This document shows positions 18,244-28,627 of a stretch of DNA of 46,371 nucleotides, piece by piece. Below the pieces are notes generated by a model. That model was not told the origin of the DNA. It saw nothing but the letters and a program-made list of their open reading frames with translations, and made no database searches. The number at the start of each line of letters is the position of its first letter. Positions within the stretch are counted from its first letter, which is position 1. The DNA lies in assembly GCA_963697165.1 (NCBI GenBank), contig CAVOMX010000015.1, forward strand, positions 1 through 46,371, read 5' to 3'. A program made the position numbers and the translations under genes. The DNA is from Candidatus Bathyarchaeota archaeon (GTDB lineage: Archaea > Thermoproteota > Bathyarchaeia > Bathyarchaeales > Bathyarchaeaceae).

Positions 18244-20640
18244 TCAAATTAACATTTTTTCGGCTACAGCAACAAGCCGTTTTGTTTTAACGACACTGTC
18301 TGGGTTAAGCGAGATAGAATCAATTCCATTCTCGACCAGAAATTTGGCAAAATCAGGATAATCACTGGGCGCTTGACCACATATGCCTACCTTGCGACCC
18401 GCTTTGTGAGCGGTAGTAATTAACCCAGATATCATCTTTTTAACTGCCTCATTGCGTTCATCAAACAAGTAAGAGAGCTCACTTGAATCCCGATCCACAC
18501 CCAAAACAAGTTGAGTAAGATCGTTAGAACCAATAGAAAAACCATCAAAACGTTCAGCAAACTGCTCAGCCAATATTACGTTAGACGGTATCTCAACCAT
18601 AACATATACTTGCAGTCCATTTTCACCACGCTTCAATCCGTTTTCACTCAACACATCCAAAACCTTGTCTGCTTCTTCAAGAGTTCGACAAAACGGAATC
18701 ATAATAAGAACGTTAGATAATCCCATCTCCTCGCGGACTCGTTTGATGGCACGACACTCGAGAGCAAAACCTTCACGATACCGATCACTATAGTACCGAC
18801 AGGCACCCCGAAAACCAATCATAGGATTGTCTTCCTTTGGTTCAAATTGCTTCCCACCAATAAGATTGGCATACTCATTCGTCTTAAAATCACTCATTCG
18901 CACAATAACCGGCCAAGGATACTGGGATGCAGCAATTTTTCCAATCCCCCGTGCCAGATGCTCAACAAAATACTCTGTCTTGTCTTGATAGCCTCGGGTC
19001 AATTCCTGGATTTGCTTACGCGTCTTCTCATCCTCTAAATCATCGAAACGAACCAGAGCCATAGGATGAATCTTGATGATGTTATTAATTATAAATTCCA
19101 TTCTGGCAAGACCAATTCCCTCGCAAGGCAACTTCCACCACCGCAATGCTATGTCCGGACTTCCCATATTCAACATTAAAGAGGTCTGAGTCACCGGGAT
19201 GTCGTCAAGACTCACTTTCGATTCCTCAAATTCAAGGATACCCCCATAAACATAGCCGGTTTCACCTTCAGCACAAGAAATAGTTATCTCTTGATCATCA
19301 TTCAAAATCCTTGTTGCCTCTCGTGTTCCCACAATTGCTGGAATCCCCAACTCTCTGCTAACAATAGCAGCATGACAAGTGCGTCCACCATAATCTGTTA
19401 CAATTCCCGCAGACCTTTTCATGATTGGCACCCAGTCTGGATCTGTCATTTCAGTAACTAAAATGGTACCATCTCTAAAAAGAGCAATATCACTCGCACT
19501 TTTAATCCTACAAACTTTCCCAGCGGCAATGGCATCGCCAATACTAATACCTGACAAAAGCATTTTTCCCTTCTTCGTTAGAAGATAGGTTTTCAATAAA
19601 CCAACTTTCTTTCGACTTTGAACCGTTTCGGGGCGAGCCTGCACAATAAATAATTCACCAGTTTCACCATCCTTGGCCCATTCGATATCCATGGGCGTCT
19701 TGTAGTGTTTTTCAATAATACAAGCCCAACGAGCCAACTCTAAAGCTTCTCCATCTTCAAGAACAAAGGATTCACGCTCAATTTTAGAAGTATTCACATT
19801 CTTTACGGTCTTACCCTCGCCTTTGGCATATACTATCTTCCTTAATTTGTCACCCAAAGTTTTCTTGATGATGGGAGCAAAATCTTTTTTGTTCAGCAAG
19901 GGCTTAAAAACCATATATTCATCTGGCGTAACTATGCCTTGAACAACTATCTCACCAAGTCCCCAAGCAGCATTTATGACAACTACATCACGAAAACCAG
20001 TTTCTGGATCAATAGTAAAAATAACTCCAGCATAGGCCTTATCAGAACGCACCATCTTCTGCACGCCGATAGAAAGAGCGACATTTACATGATCAAATCC
20101 ATGCTCTTCACGGTAAATAATTGCTCGATCAGTAAAAAGTGAGGCAAAACACTTCCGGCATGCCTTTAACAGATCTTCCTCACCTCTAACATTCAAGTAA
20201 GTATCCTGCTGACCAGCAAAACTCGCCTCAGGCAGATCTTCAGCTGTAGCACTACTTCTCACCGCCACATCCACCTCACCACTAGAGTAACGCTGACATA
20301 ATTCCCGGTAGGATTTTCTTATATCCTCAGCAAGCTCTTCAGGAAAACAACCACCCAAAAAGAGATCACGTATGGATTTTCCCACAACTTTCAATTCAAG
20401 AGTCTCATCTCCACTTTTCAGGTTTTTCAAATGACCTTTAATCTTCTCCTTCAGATCGTTAAACTCTAGAAATTTCCAAAAAGCCTCTGCAGTTATAGCA
20501 AATCCATCAGGAACACGAATACCTTCATCCTTAAGAGTACGAATCATTTCCCCCAAAGAAGCATTCTTTCCTCCAACCACGAGAACATCATTAGAACTTA
20601 TGTTCTCAAACCAACAAATGTATGCATTTCCTTTCATCAT
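18244..20640 (-). CDS. ppsA: Phosphoenolpyruvate synthase
   Basis: GGKNASLGEM, VRSSATAEDLPEASFAGQQ, GGRTCHAAI (phospho-His), EDNPMIGFRG and FSIGSNDLTQ motifs. Confidence 0.96.
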   Translation of the reverse strand: MMKGNAYICWFENISSNDVLVVGGKNASLGEMIRTLKDEGIRVPDGFAITAEAFWKFLEFNDLKEKIKGHLKNLKSGDETLELKVVGKSIRDLFLGGCFPEELAEDIRKSYRELCQRYSSGEVDVAVRSSATAEDLPEASFAGQQDTYLNVRGEEDLLKACRKCFASLFTDRAIIYREEHGFDHVNVALSIGVQKMVRSDKAYAGVIFTIDPETGFRDVVVINAAWGLGEIVVQGIVTPDEYMVFKPLLNKKDFAPIIKKTLGDKLRKIVYAKGEGKTVKNVNTSKIERESFVLEDGEALELARWACIIEKHYKTPMDIEWAKDGETGELFIVQARPETVQSRKKVGLLKTYLLTKKGKMLLSGISIGDAIAAGKVCRIKSASDIALFRDGTILVTEMTDPDWVPIMKRSAGIVTDYGGRTCHAAIVSRELGIPAIVGTREATRILNDDQEITISCAEGETGYVYGGILEFEESKVSLDDIPVTQTSLMLNMGSPDIALRWWKLPCEGIGLARMEFIINNIIKIHPMALVRFDDLEDEKTRKQIQELTRGYQDKTEYFVEHLARGIGKIAASQYPWPVIVRMSDFKTNEYANLIGGKQFEPKEDNPMIGFRGACRYYSDRYREGFALECRAIKRVREEMGLSNVLIMIPFCRTLEEADKVLDVLSENGLKRGENGLQVYVMVEIPSNVILAEQFAERFDGFSIGSNDLTQLVLGVDRDSSELSYLFDERNEAVKKMISGLITTAHKAGRKVGICGQAPSDYPDFAKFLVENGIDSISLNPDSVVKTKRLVAVAEKMLI

Positions 20641-21064
20641 CACTCTCCATCTCCCTTTTATGTAAATGTCCATACAAACACTTATCATTTATGCACGAGC
20701 GCACAAAATAATTATAACATAGATATCTTTTATCATCTCCTGTGGAGAACTTGCTTTCACAGTATTGCTCAAACATGGAATAAACTGTGAAAAAACGATA
20801 ATTGAACTTTCAAACAATAATATCAAAAAAATAAAGAAGATATGTTATCGCTAAGACAAACTTTACACTTAAAGTAGCAAAAACAAAGAAAAAAATCACT
20901 AACTTATTATCAACTGGTTTAGAACATGTCTGCAAAAAAGATGAATTAGCGCTCTTTAAGAAACCTAAGTAACCATTAAATAACTAGACTAACTAAACTC
21001 ACAGCACAACACAATCTTCCTGCTGCTTTAATCTTCAAAATAATGGAACAAAAAAGGTGAAAAA

Positions 21065-22339
21065 ATGAAAATAGCTGTCATGGTCTACGAATATCCCCCA
21101 AAAATTGTCGGCGGCCTAGGAACCTACGCTGCAGAAATAACACGAAAATTCGTTTTGCTTGGACACGACGTCACTGTATTCACAATGAATGATGACGAAG
21201 CAAGTTTACCCACAAGAGAGCTAATGCGGGGAATAGAAATCCATCGCCCAATCCACATCGACGTTTCCGATTCCCTACCTGACGTAGTCGCAGACGACAT
21301 AAAAAAATGGGGCAGAGGAATAAAATTCTTCTCCAAAATATTAATATACAATTACCTAAGCGCCTCAAAACTAATAAACGAACTAGTTAAAGAAGAAGAC
21401 TTCAAATTCGACCTAGTAGTAGCCCACGACTGGCTCTCAGTCATCGCCGGCATCACAATAAAAAAGGAACTAGGAATACCCTTAGCCTTTCATGTTCACT
21501 CAGATGAGAGAGGACGAACATTAGGCAACGGCTCAGGCGTAGTAAGCAGCATAGAAAACCGTGGAGGACAACTAGCGGACATGGTCATAACCGTTTCTTA
21601 TGCAATGCAAGATGAACTAGTACAAATCGGCTTCCCTGCAGAGAAAATCAGAGTCTGCTACAATGGCGTAGACCCAAAAAAGTATAACCCCGAACAAGTA
21701 AGCAAAGAACAAATCAAAGAAATCAAAAACAAATACGGATTCAACGACGACGACATGATAATACTCTTTGTTGGAAGACTCGTATGGATCAAGGGCGTAG
21801 ACAAACTCATCAGGGCAATGCCTCAAATTTTACAAAAGATCCCCAACGCAAAACTTGTAATCGTCGGCTTAGGCGACATGCAAGACTATCTAGAAGGACT
21901 AGTTCGTAACCTGCACCTTGAAAACGTTGTAAAATTCCGTTTCGAATTCATACCTGAAGAAGAACGAATAGCCCACTACGCAGCATGTGACGTTGCAGCT
22001 TTTCCTAGCCTCTATGAGCCCTTCGGAATTGTCACCATAGAGGCTATGAGCATGGAAAAACCCGTAATTGTTGGAGCCGTAGGCACAAGCGGAATGAGAG
22101 AAATCGTCAGCATAAGTGGTCCAGATCAATGCGGATTCCACATCAACCCCAATGACCCCTCAGACATCGCTTGGGGAATAATAAGCGCCACAGAAGACCC
22201 CAAGAAACGAATCGAATTAGGCCAAAACGGCAGAAAACGTGCTCTTGAACTCTTCACCTGGGAAACAGCTGCAAAAACAACAATTGAACGATATTCAGAA
22301 CTCGTAAAAACAAAAAAACCTAAGGACTATACAGCCTAA
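21065..22339 (+). CDS. GT4 glycosyltransferase, glycogen-synthase-like
   Basis: EYPPKIVGGLG, AHDWL and PSLYEPFGIV motifs; GGTGA SD. Confidence 0.88.
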   Translation: MKIAVMVYEYPPKIVGGLGTYAAEITRKFVLLGHDVTVFTMNDDEASLPTRELMRGIEIHRPIHIDVSDSLPDVVADDIKKWGRGIKFFSKILIYNYLSASKLINELVKEEDFKFDLVVAHDWLSVIAGITIKKELGIPLAFHVHSDERGRTLGNGSGVVSSIENRGGQLADMVITVSYAMQDELVQIGFPAEKIRVCYNGVDPKKYNPEQVSKEQIKEIKNKYGFNDDDMIILFVGRLVWIKGVDKLIRAMPQILQKIPNAKLVIVGLGDMQDYLEGLVRNLHLENVVKFRFEFIPEEERIAHYAACDVAAFPSLYEPFGIVTIEAMSMEKPVIVGAVGTSGMREIVSISGPDQCGFHINPNDPSDIAWGIISATEDPKKRIELGQNGRKRALELFTWETAAKTTIERYSELVKTKKPKDYTA

Positions 22340-22362
22340 ACGTCTTTTGCTGGAAGAAAAAA

Positions 22363-23409
22363 ATGGCAAGTAACGAAGTCCGAAAAGACTATTTGCTAAA
22401 CAGATGGGTTGTCATCGCCAAAGAACGCAAGAAAAGACCCACAGACTTTATCCAGAAAGAGACTACAGAAAAACAGGGAGTGTGCCCCCTATGCCCCGAC
22501 AACGAGCATATGACACCCCCCGCAATTTTAGCCTATCTTTCAGTTAACGGAAAACTCAAAAAAGAAAAAGACCAGAACAATCTTCGCCACAAAAACTGGC
22601 TAGTGAGAGTTATACCAAACCTGTACCCTGCATTTGCTCCTCCAACTAAAGAAAACCAAACAATCAAAGAAAGCCCTGTTCTCACAAGAGCTATAGGCCA
22701 TCACGAAGTTTTTGTAGAATCCCCATGTCACAGTGAACACCCCGGAACTGCGCGGATTTCCCAACTTATTCATGTGATAAACGCTTATCTTGATCGCCTA
22801 GCAGCCCTATCCAAAAAACCCTACGTACAGCATGTGGCAATATTCAGAAACCACGGCCGCGAAGCAGGAGCATCACTTTCACATGCTCACACCCAACTAA
22901 TTGCATCTCCGATTGTTCCAACTCTAATTGAAGAAGAACTTGAAGCAAGCAAAAATTACTGGAATATAAACCATGAATGCCTGCTCTGCAACGTTCTGAA
23001 AAAAGAAAAGAAAAGTCCACGTTTCATTTGGGAAAACAACAGTTTCGTAGCTTTCAATCCTTGGGCAAGCATTAACCCATTAGAGTTTTGGATATTTCCC
23101 AAAAGACATCAATCAAACATGCTAAACCTGTCTACAAACGAGATTACAGATTTAGCCGAAACAATCAGGCTCTCTTTAGGTGGTTTACGGTCTTTACTAA
23201 ATGATCCACCCTATAATTTTGGCTTCCACACTGCCTTAAGCGAAGACGCAAAAGACTACTATCATTGGCATCTGGAGGTTTACCCTAGACTGGCAATATG
23301 GGCTGGATTCGAAAAGAGCACAGGAATGTTCATTAACACAATTTCGCCTGAAGATGCCGCCACAGAATTAAGGTCTGCAATTCAGGCTGAGAAGAAAGTT
23401 TTAAAATAG
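22363..23409 (+). CDS. galT: Galactose-1-phosphate uridylyltransferase family protein
   Basis: ERKKRP, CPLCPDNE, VIPNLYPA, FRNHGREAGASLSHAHTQ and YHWHLEVYPRL motifs. Confidence 0.88.
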   Translation: MASNEVRKDYLLNRWVVIAKERKKRPTDFIQKETTEKQGVCPLCPDNEHMTPPAILAYLSVNGKLKKEKDQNNLRHKNWLVRVIPNLYPAFAPPTKENQTIKESPVLTRAIGHHEVFVESPCHSEHPGTARISQLIHVINAYLDRLAALSKKPYVQHVAIFRNHGREAGASLSHAHTQLIASPIVPTLIEEELEASKNYWNINHECLLCNVLKKEKKSPRFIWENNSFVAFNPWASINPLEFWIFPKRHQSNMLNLSTNEITDLAETIRLSLGGLRSLLNDPPYNFGFHTALSEDAKDYYHWHLEVYPRLAIWAGFEKSTGMFINTISPEDAATELRSAIQAEKKVLK

Positions 23410-23421
23410 TATTTACAGTCT

Positions 23422-23697
23422 TTAGCTGTATAGACTCAACACTTTTCTGATACCATCAATAGTAAGATGATATTTGTCCTTTTCTTCTGACCGAAAATGT
23501 TGAGCGTAACCTAACTCAATCAACTTTTTAAGATGAACATCAAGCTCTGGAGTTTCCATCCGGGTCCAATCCGAAATCTGACCAATAGTTAATGCTTTAG
23601 ACGATTCAGTTGCCCCAATATTATGGAGCATAATCAGAAGACGCAATTGATTGGGCTGCTCATTGTTGTATGAACGCAAAGAATTATTTTCGCTCAA
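23422..23697 (-). CDS. Small winged-helix protein
   Basis: HLKKLIELGY...YHLTIDG; coupled to the upstream GT4 gene. Confidence 0.7.
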   Translation of the reverse strand: MSENNSLRSYNNEQPNQLRLLIMLHNIGATESSKALTIGQISDWTRMETPELDVHLKKLIELGYAQHFRSEEKDKYHLTIDGIRKVLSLYS

Positions 23698-23699
23698 AA

Positions 23700-24866
23700 T
23701 TATTTCACCACCTTTTTATAAACCTCGACAGTCTTCATAGCAACTGCTTCCCAACTATAAGACTTGCGTAGTTCTTCTTTAGCATTTTCGGTTATCCATT
23801 TGGCATGATCGGGGTCAGACAATATTTTGCCGATTCCCCAAGCAATAGATTCTGGGCTCCTTGGATACACAAAAACTCCTGTACGATCATGATCTATTAT
23901 TTCAGTTAAGCCACCCACTCGGCTAGCCACCACGGGAACGCCCGTAGCCATCCCCTCAAGGGCAACGATACCAAACGGTTCATAGATAGAAGGTACAACC
24001 AGAACATCCGCGCTGGTCATGAGGTCAATAACTTCTTTATCAGAAGCAAAACCTGTAAACTTAATCCTATCGCCATATCCACTCGCCCGGGCTTCGGCTT
24101 CTAAGACATCTCGTGACCATCCTTCCCCAACGATAACATATTTTGCTTCTGGAAAACGTCTGGCTATTGAAGGAATTGCTCTGATAAAATATTCCACTCC
24201 CTTTTGAGGAACCAAACGTCCAACACAGAGAACCAATTTTTCCTCCCACCCTACTCCATAACGTTGCCTAACTGCTCCCAGATCAGAAGATGTTTGATAC
24301 ATCGATGCATCTATCGCATTTGGAATAACATCAACCTTGTCATGGGGCAAGTTAAAGTGGTCACAAATTTCAGTTTTCATAGAATGACTACACACAATGA
24401 CTCTATCTGCCTCATATGTTGCCCACCATTCTATTCCATTTATCGAGAATGAGTCTGGACTATGAAGACCCTGAGCTCTTCCCACCTCAGTGCTATGTAC
24501 CGTGAGAACAATAGGCTTTTTCAAATAATGCTTAAACGAAATTCCTGAAAAAGCAGCCAACCAATCATGAACATGCATAACATCAAAATCAACAACTTTA
24601 GTAACATCCGCTACCCTCTTTGACAAAAAGTGATTAAACATCAAAACCCACGTGAGAAAGTTAGGATGCCCCAATTCTGTCGAGGCCCGATATACTTTGA
24701 TTCCATCCATTTCTTCATAGCTTGGTGATCCCGGAAAATCCAAAGAAAAAATATGAACATCATGCTTTTGTTGAACAAGAGCTTTGGCTAAACCTTCACA
24801 GGCTCGGGCTATTCCACCTACAACTCTTGGCGGAAACTCCCAAGTTAGCATGCCCACTTTCATCAT
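23700..24866 (-). CDS. GT4 glycosyltransferase, glycogen-synthase-like
   Basis: WEFPPRVVGGI, HVHDWL and PSIYEPFGIVALE motifs; GGTGA SD. Confidence 0.88.
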   Translation of the reverse strand: MMKVGMLTWEFPPRVVGGIARACEGLAKALVQQKHDVHIFSLDFPGSPSYEEMDGIKVYRASTELGHPNFLTWVLMFNHFLSKRVADVTKVVDFDVMHVHDWLAAFSGISFKHYLKKPIVLTVHSTEVGRAQGLHSPDSFSINGIEWWATYEADRVIVCSHSMKTEICDHFNLPHDKVDVIPNAIDASMYQTSSDLGAVRQRYGVGWEEKLVLCVGRLVPQKGVEYFIRAIPSIARRFPEAKYVIVGEGWSRDVLEAEARASGYGDRIKFTGFASDKEVIDLMTSADVLVVPSIYEPFGIVALEGMATGVPVVASRVGGLTEIIDHDRTGVFVYPRSPESIAWGIGKILSDPDHAKWITENAKEELRKSYSWEAVAMKTVEVYKKVVK

Positions 24867-25063
24867 ATTTCACCAACTACTTTAGTTAATGGTAAATTGC
24901 GTTAATATGTTCTTCAGTTGTTATTGTGAATTGAATGTTGCTATTTACTTATACGAATCTGTAATATTGTCACTTAATATAATTTTCTTTTCATTTTAAC
25001 AAAAAGTTGATATTTATTAGGTGCGAAGTAACTAAACTTTCAAACTTGGGATTGATGTATTCA

Positions 25064-25462
25064 ATGAAAGTATTGTTTGTCTGCACAGGAAATGCCTGCA
25101 GGAGCCCCTTAGCTGATGCATTGCTAAAGAAGTTTAGATCAGACATTATTGTTGATTCTGCCGGAACCTATCCCTACTACAAGGTTGTGGATTTGACAAG
25201 AAGATATGCAGAGCAAGAAGGAGCCAGCGAATTCTTAAAGACAGTTCCTGACAGTTTGGAATCAAAAAATCTAAACGATTACAATTTAATAGTAGCCATG
25301 GAAACAGAGCATGAACAAGCTATTCTTAGGCAGTCGCCAGATTGCGTCGACAACGTTGTTGTTTGGCACATAAATGACCCATACCAGCTACCCTACAAGC
25401 AAGCCTCACATGAGTTTGAAAAAATAAAAAGCAAAGTTGTGCACCTAGCAAAATCGCTATAG
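25064..25462 (+). CDS. Low-molecular-weight phosphatase family (LMW-PTP/ArsC fold)
   Basis: VLFVCTGNACRS P-loop, SAGT and DPY motifs. Confidence 0.88.
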   Translation: MKVLFVCTGNACRSPLADALLKKFRSDIIVDSAGTYPYYKVVDLTRRYAEQEGASEFLKTVPDSLESKNLNDYNLIVAMETEHEQAILRQSPDCVDNVVVWHINDPYQLPYKQASHEFEKIKSKVVHLAKSL

Positions 25463-25672
25463 CATGCACAATATTTGCTTCATCGGAAAATACATGGACT
25501 TTTTTGTCGCAGTCAAGACAGTTGGACTAACTCCTTCAGATAACAGATAAACTGTATGCATACATAGAACAAGAAACAGCATGTCATATTCAGAGCTACA
25601 AATATAAACAAAAGGATGGTTCTATATGCAGTCAAGCTCTTCCTCAAAGCAGAAAACGGGATGTTATAATCT

Positions 25673-27255
25673 GTGAGTAAATCACTAAATCTAGCCAAAG
25701 TTTCAGCCAAAGGCGGTTTTAATCTGCTTTGGGGACTTGTAATCTCCGCAATAATCTCATCAATTGGCGTAATAGTTGTTGCAAGACTACTCTCTGAAGC
25801 AGAATTTGCTATAGTATCAATTGCACTAATTGGTCCAACCATAATAACTTATTTCAGAGACTTAGGAATCGATCAGGCGACAATAAAGTATACAACACAA
25901 TACAGGACAGAACAAAATACAAAAAAACTAAAAAACGTAATAATAACAAGCACTCTTTTTGAAGTTATACTTGGAATCGTATTCACTGTCCTTTCTTTTC
26001 TTCTGTCAGACTTTATGGCAAACATACTGGAACGCCCAACAATAGGAAATCTAATACAGATAGCTTCTTTCACCATTCTCGCAGGTGCTCTACTAAGAGC
26101 CGCACAATCAGCCTTCATTGGCTACGACAAAATGAAACTTCACAGCGTCACTCTGGTACTGCAATCAATCTTCAAGACTGCGTTAATGGCGGTTCTTGTT
26201 TATCTGCAATTTGGCGAATACGGAGCAACAATTGGAAATGCAGTATCTTATATGGGAGCCGGATTGGTTGGCATCGCACTTCTTGTACATAGTGATAATT
26301 AAGAAACTGCAACAAGAAAAAGATGGCAACTTGCAGATTCTGTCCACACTCAAAACATTGCTAAAGTTTGGAATACCCCTTTCGATAGCGACAATGCTTG
26401 TTGGAGTTTTATCTCAATACTACATTTCTCTACTTGCTATCAATACCTCTGACGTGATTTATGGGCAACTACCAAGTGGCACTGAGTTTTGCAATGCTGG
26501 TTTCCCTTTTTGCCTCATCCGTAGCTACAATGCTGTTTCCAACATTTTCTAAAGTCAAAGGGCACGAAGACCAAAAAACATTAAGCAACATCTTCCAGTA
26601 TTCAGTGAAATACACTTCACTTTTAATTGTGCCCGCAACCTTTGCAGTCATAGCTTTATCGCAGCCAGGAGTACAAACACTCTTTCAAAGCAAATACGAA
26701 CACACTCCACTTTTTCTGTCTCTGTATGTTACCACTTTTCTGTATTCAGCAATCGGAAACCTCAGCGCAGGGGCACTTATAAACAGCCAAGGACAAACCC
26801 AATTTAACCTAAAAATTACTGTGATAACATTCATAATAGGAATGATTTCAAGCCTACTTCTGATTCCCCCATTCGGAGTTTTAGGTTTACTTGCTGTACA
26901 CATATCAGTTGGAGTACCAGGAATGCTCATCAGTTTATGGTGGATAAACAAACACTACAAAGCAACTGTTGACTGGAAATCATCAAGCAAAATCATTGTT
27001 GCATCTGCATTCTCTGGTATTTTGACTTACCTGATAACTACTCAGTTGAACTTGGCTAGCTGGTTAGCGCTATTGTTGGGTACAGCAGTTTTTCTGTCAA
27101 GTTACATGATTGCTGCACCGTTGATTGGTGCAATAAACTATGCTGACACACAAAATCTGAAAGCAATGGTAAGCACTTTAGGTCCCTTGGCTCCTGTAAT
27201 AAATACGTTGCTTGTTCCTCTCGAAAAGATTACTGCACGCGTACAAAAAGAGTAA
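25673..27255 (+). CDS. Oligosaccharide flippase (Wzx/MOP family), with indels near 26280 and 26460
   Basis: Three overlapping hydrophobic ORFs combine into one multi-TM protein of about 525 aa. Confidence 0.82.
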
Positions 27256-27387
27256 TGATTTAGTTCTTGTTGAAAATGGCTAGCGATTGGGATTCTTAGG
27301 CAAACATTATTTGGATGACATTTTTACCTTTGTTTTTAAAAGATCCATTATTGCATATATATTATGACCTGCAAGGTGAGTAATGAT

Positions 27388-28494
27388 ATGGTTACTATTT
27401 TGGATCAACAGGATAAAATAAGGAAAATTGACAAGAGTGACATGCTCCGCGATTTGGCCAAGACAGCTGATTATTGCCGCGACGCGATAAAGAGAACAAA
27501 GCCAATAATTGTACCTGAAAATGTAAATCCCAAAAACATTCTGGTGGTTGGGATGGGAGGCTCAGCCATAGGCGGAGAACTCCTACAAGGCTGGCTCCGA
27601 GATGAACTTTCCATTCCCATACAAGTCTGCAGAGACTACACTCTTCCAGCATACATAAACAAAGACACCCTAGTCTTCGTGAACAGCTACTCGGGAAACA
27701 CAGAAGAAACCCTAACCGCCTTCCTCACAGCAATCCAAAGAAAATGTACAGTATTAGCAATAACTTCGGGAGGACAACTCGAAGCATTCTGCAAGAAACT
27801 TCAGGTACCCCACGTGGTAGTTCCCTCCGATCTGCAGCCCCGCGTCGCCATTCCCTATATGTTCTTTCCTCTTCCTATTCTCATGGAAAAGCTGGGAATA
27901 CTCTCCAACATAGACGATGAACTAGAAGAAACAATACATATCCTAGAAACTGTAGCCAAGACAAACGCTCCAGACATACCCACAAAAGACAACAGGGCAA
28001 AACAGCTTGCCACAGAAATAATGGGAACCATCCCCGTGATTTACGGTTTCAGACAATACATTTCCGTCGCTCATCGCCTAAAAGCACAATTCAACGAAAA
28101 CAGCAAAGTCCCAAGCAAATCCGACGCCTTCCCCGAACTGAACCACAACGAAACTGTGGGCTATGACGCCCCAGAAGCACTCACAAAAATTCAGTCAATT
28201 ATCCTAATCCGAGACACACAGGAGCCTCCTGAAATCCGAAACAGAATAGAAACAACTACCGCTCTAGTATTCAAAAGAGCCAAAACTGTAATCGAAATAG
28301 AGACAAAAGGAAAAAGAAAACTATCAAAGATGTTCTCTGTCTTATGCACTGGCGACTTTGCAAGCGTCTACCTTGCCATATTACAGAATAAGGATCCAAC
28401 GCCCGTGAAAATTATTGACAAAGTAAAAAGCGAGTTATCCAAAAAAAGCAACATGAAAGAAAAGTTTGAGGCAGAACTGGCAAAACTAAAATGA
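27388..28494 (+). CDS. Bifunctional phosphoglucose/phosphomannose isomerase
   Basis: GMGGSAIGG, SYSGNTEET, QFNENSK and PELNHNE motifs; GGTGA SD. Confidence 0.93.
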   Translation: MVTILDQQDKIRKIDKSDMLRDLAKTADYCRDAIKRTKPIIVPENVNPKNILVVGMGGSAIGGELLQGWLRDELSIPIQVCRDYTLPAYINKDTLVFVNSYSGNTEETLTAFLTAIQRKCTVLAITSGGQLEAFCKKLQVPHVVVPSDLQPRVAIPYMFFPLPILMEKLGILSNIDDELEETIHILETVAKTNAPDIPTKDNRAKQLATEIMGTIPVIYGFRQYISVAHRLKAQFNENSKVPSKSDAFPELNHNETVGYDAPEALTKIQSIILIRDTQEPPEIRNRIETTTALVFKRAKTVIEIETKGKRKLSKMFSVLCTGDFASVYLAILQNKDPTPVKIIDKVKSELSKKSNMKEKFEAELAKLK

Positions 28495-28627
28495 AACCAA
28501 CGTTTTTGAACGCTGTTCTTGAGCTAAATTACTGCCTACATGTTACTTGCAGATGTACATTGTATTTTTATTCCTGAACTACTCTAGGTCAGTAGAATCC
28601 CAATTATTCAATCGGAGCGCAAAAACA

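Noticed and set aside
25064..25462. Arsenate reductase arsC call
   Set aside because: The P-loop is shared with LMW-PTPs, the resolving Cys pair is not evident and there are no ars neighbours, so it is left at family level.
14934..25842. Similar minus-strand ORFs 14934..15200 and 25513..25842 as a gene family
   Set aside because: They are antisense shadows of the two paralogous flippase N-termini.
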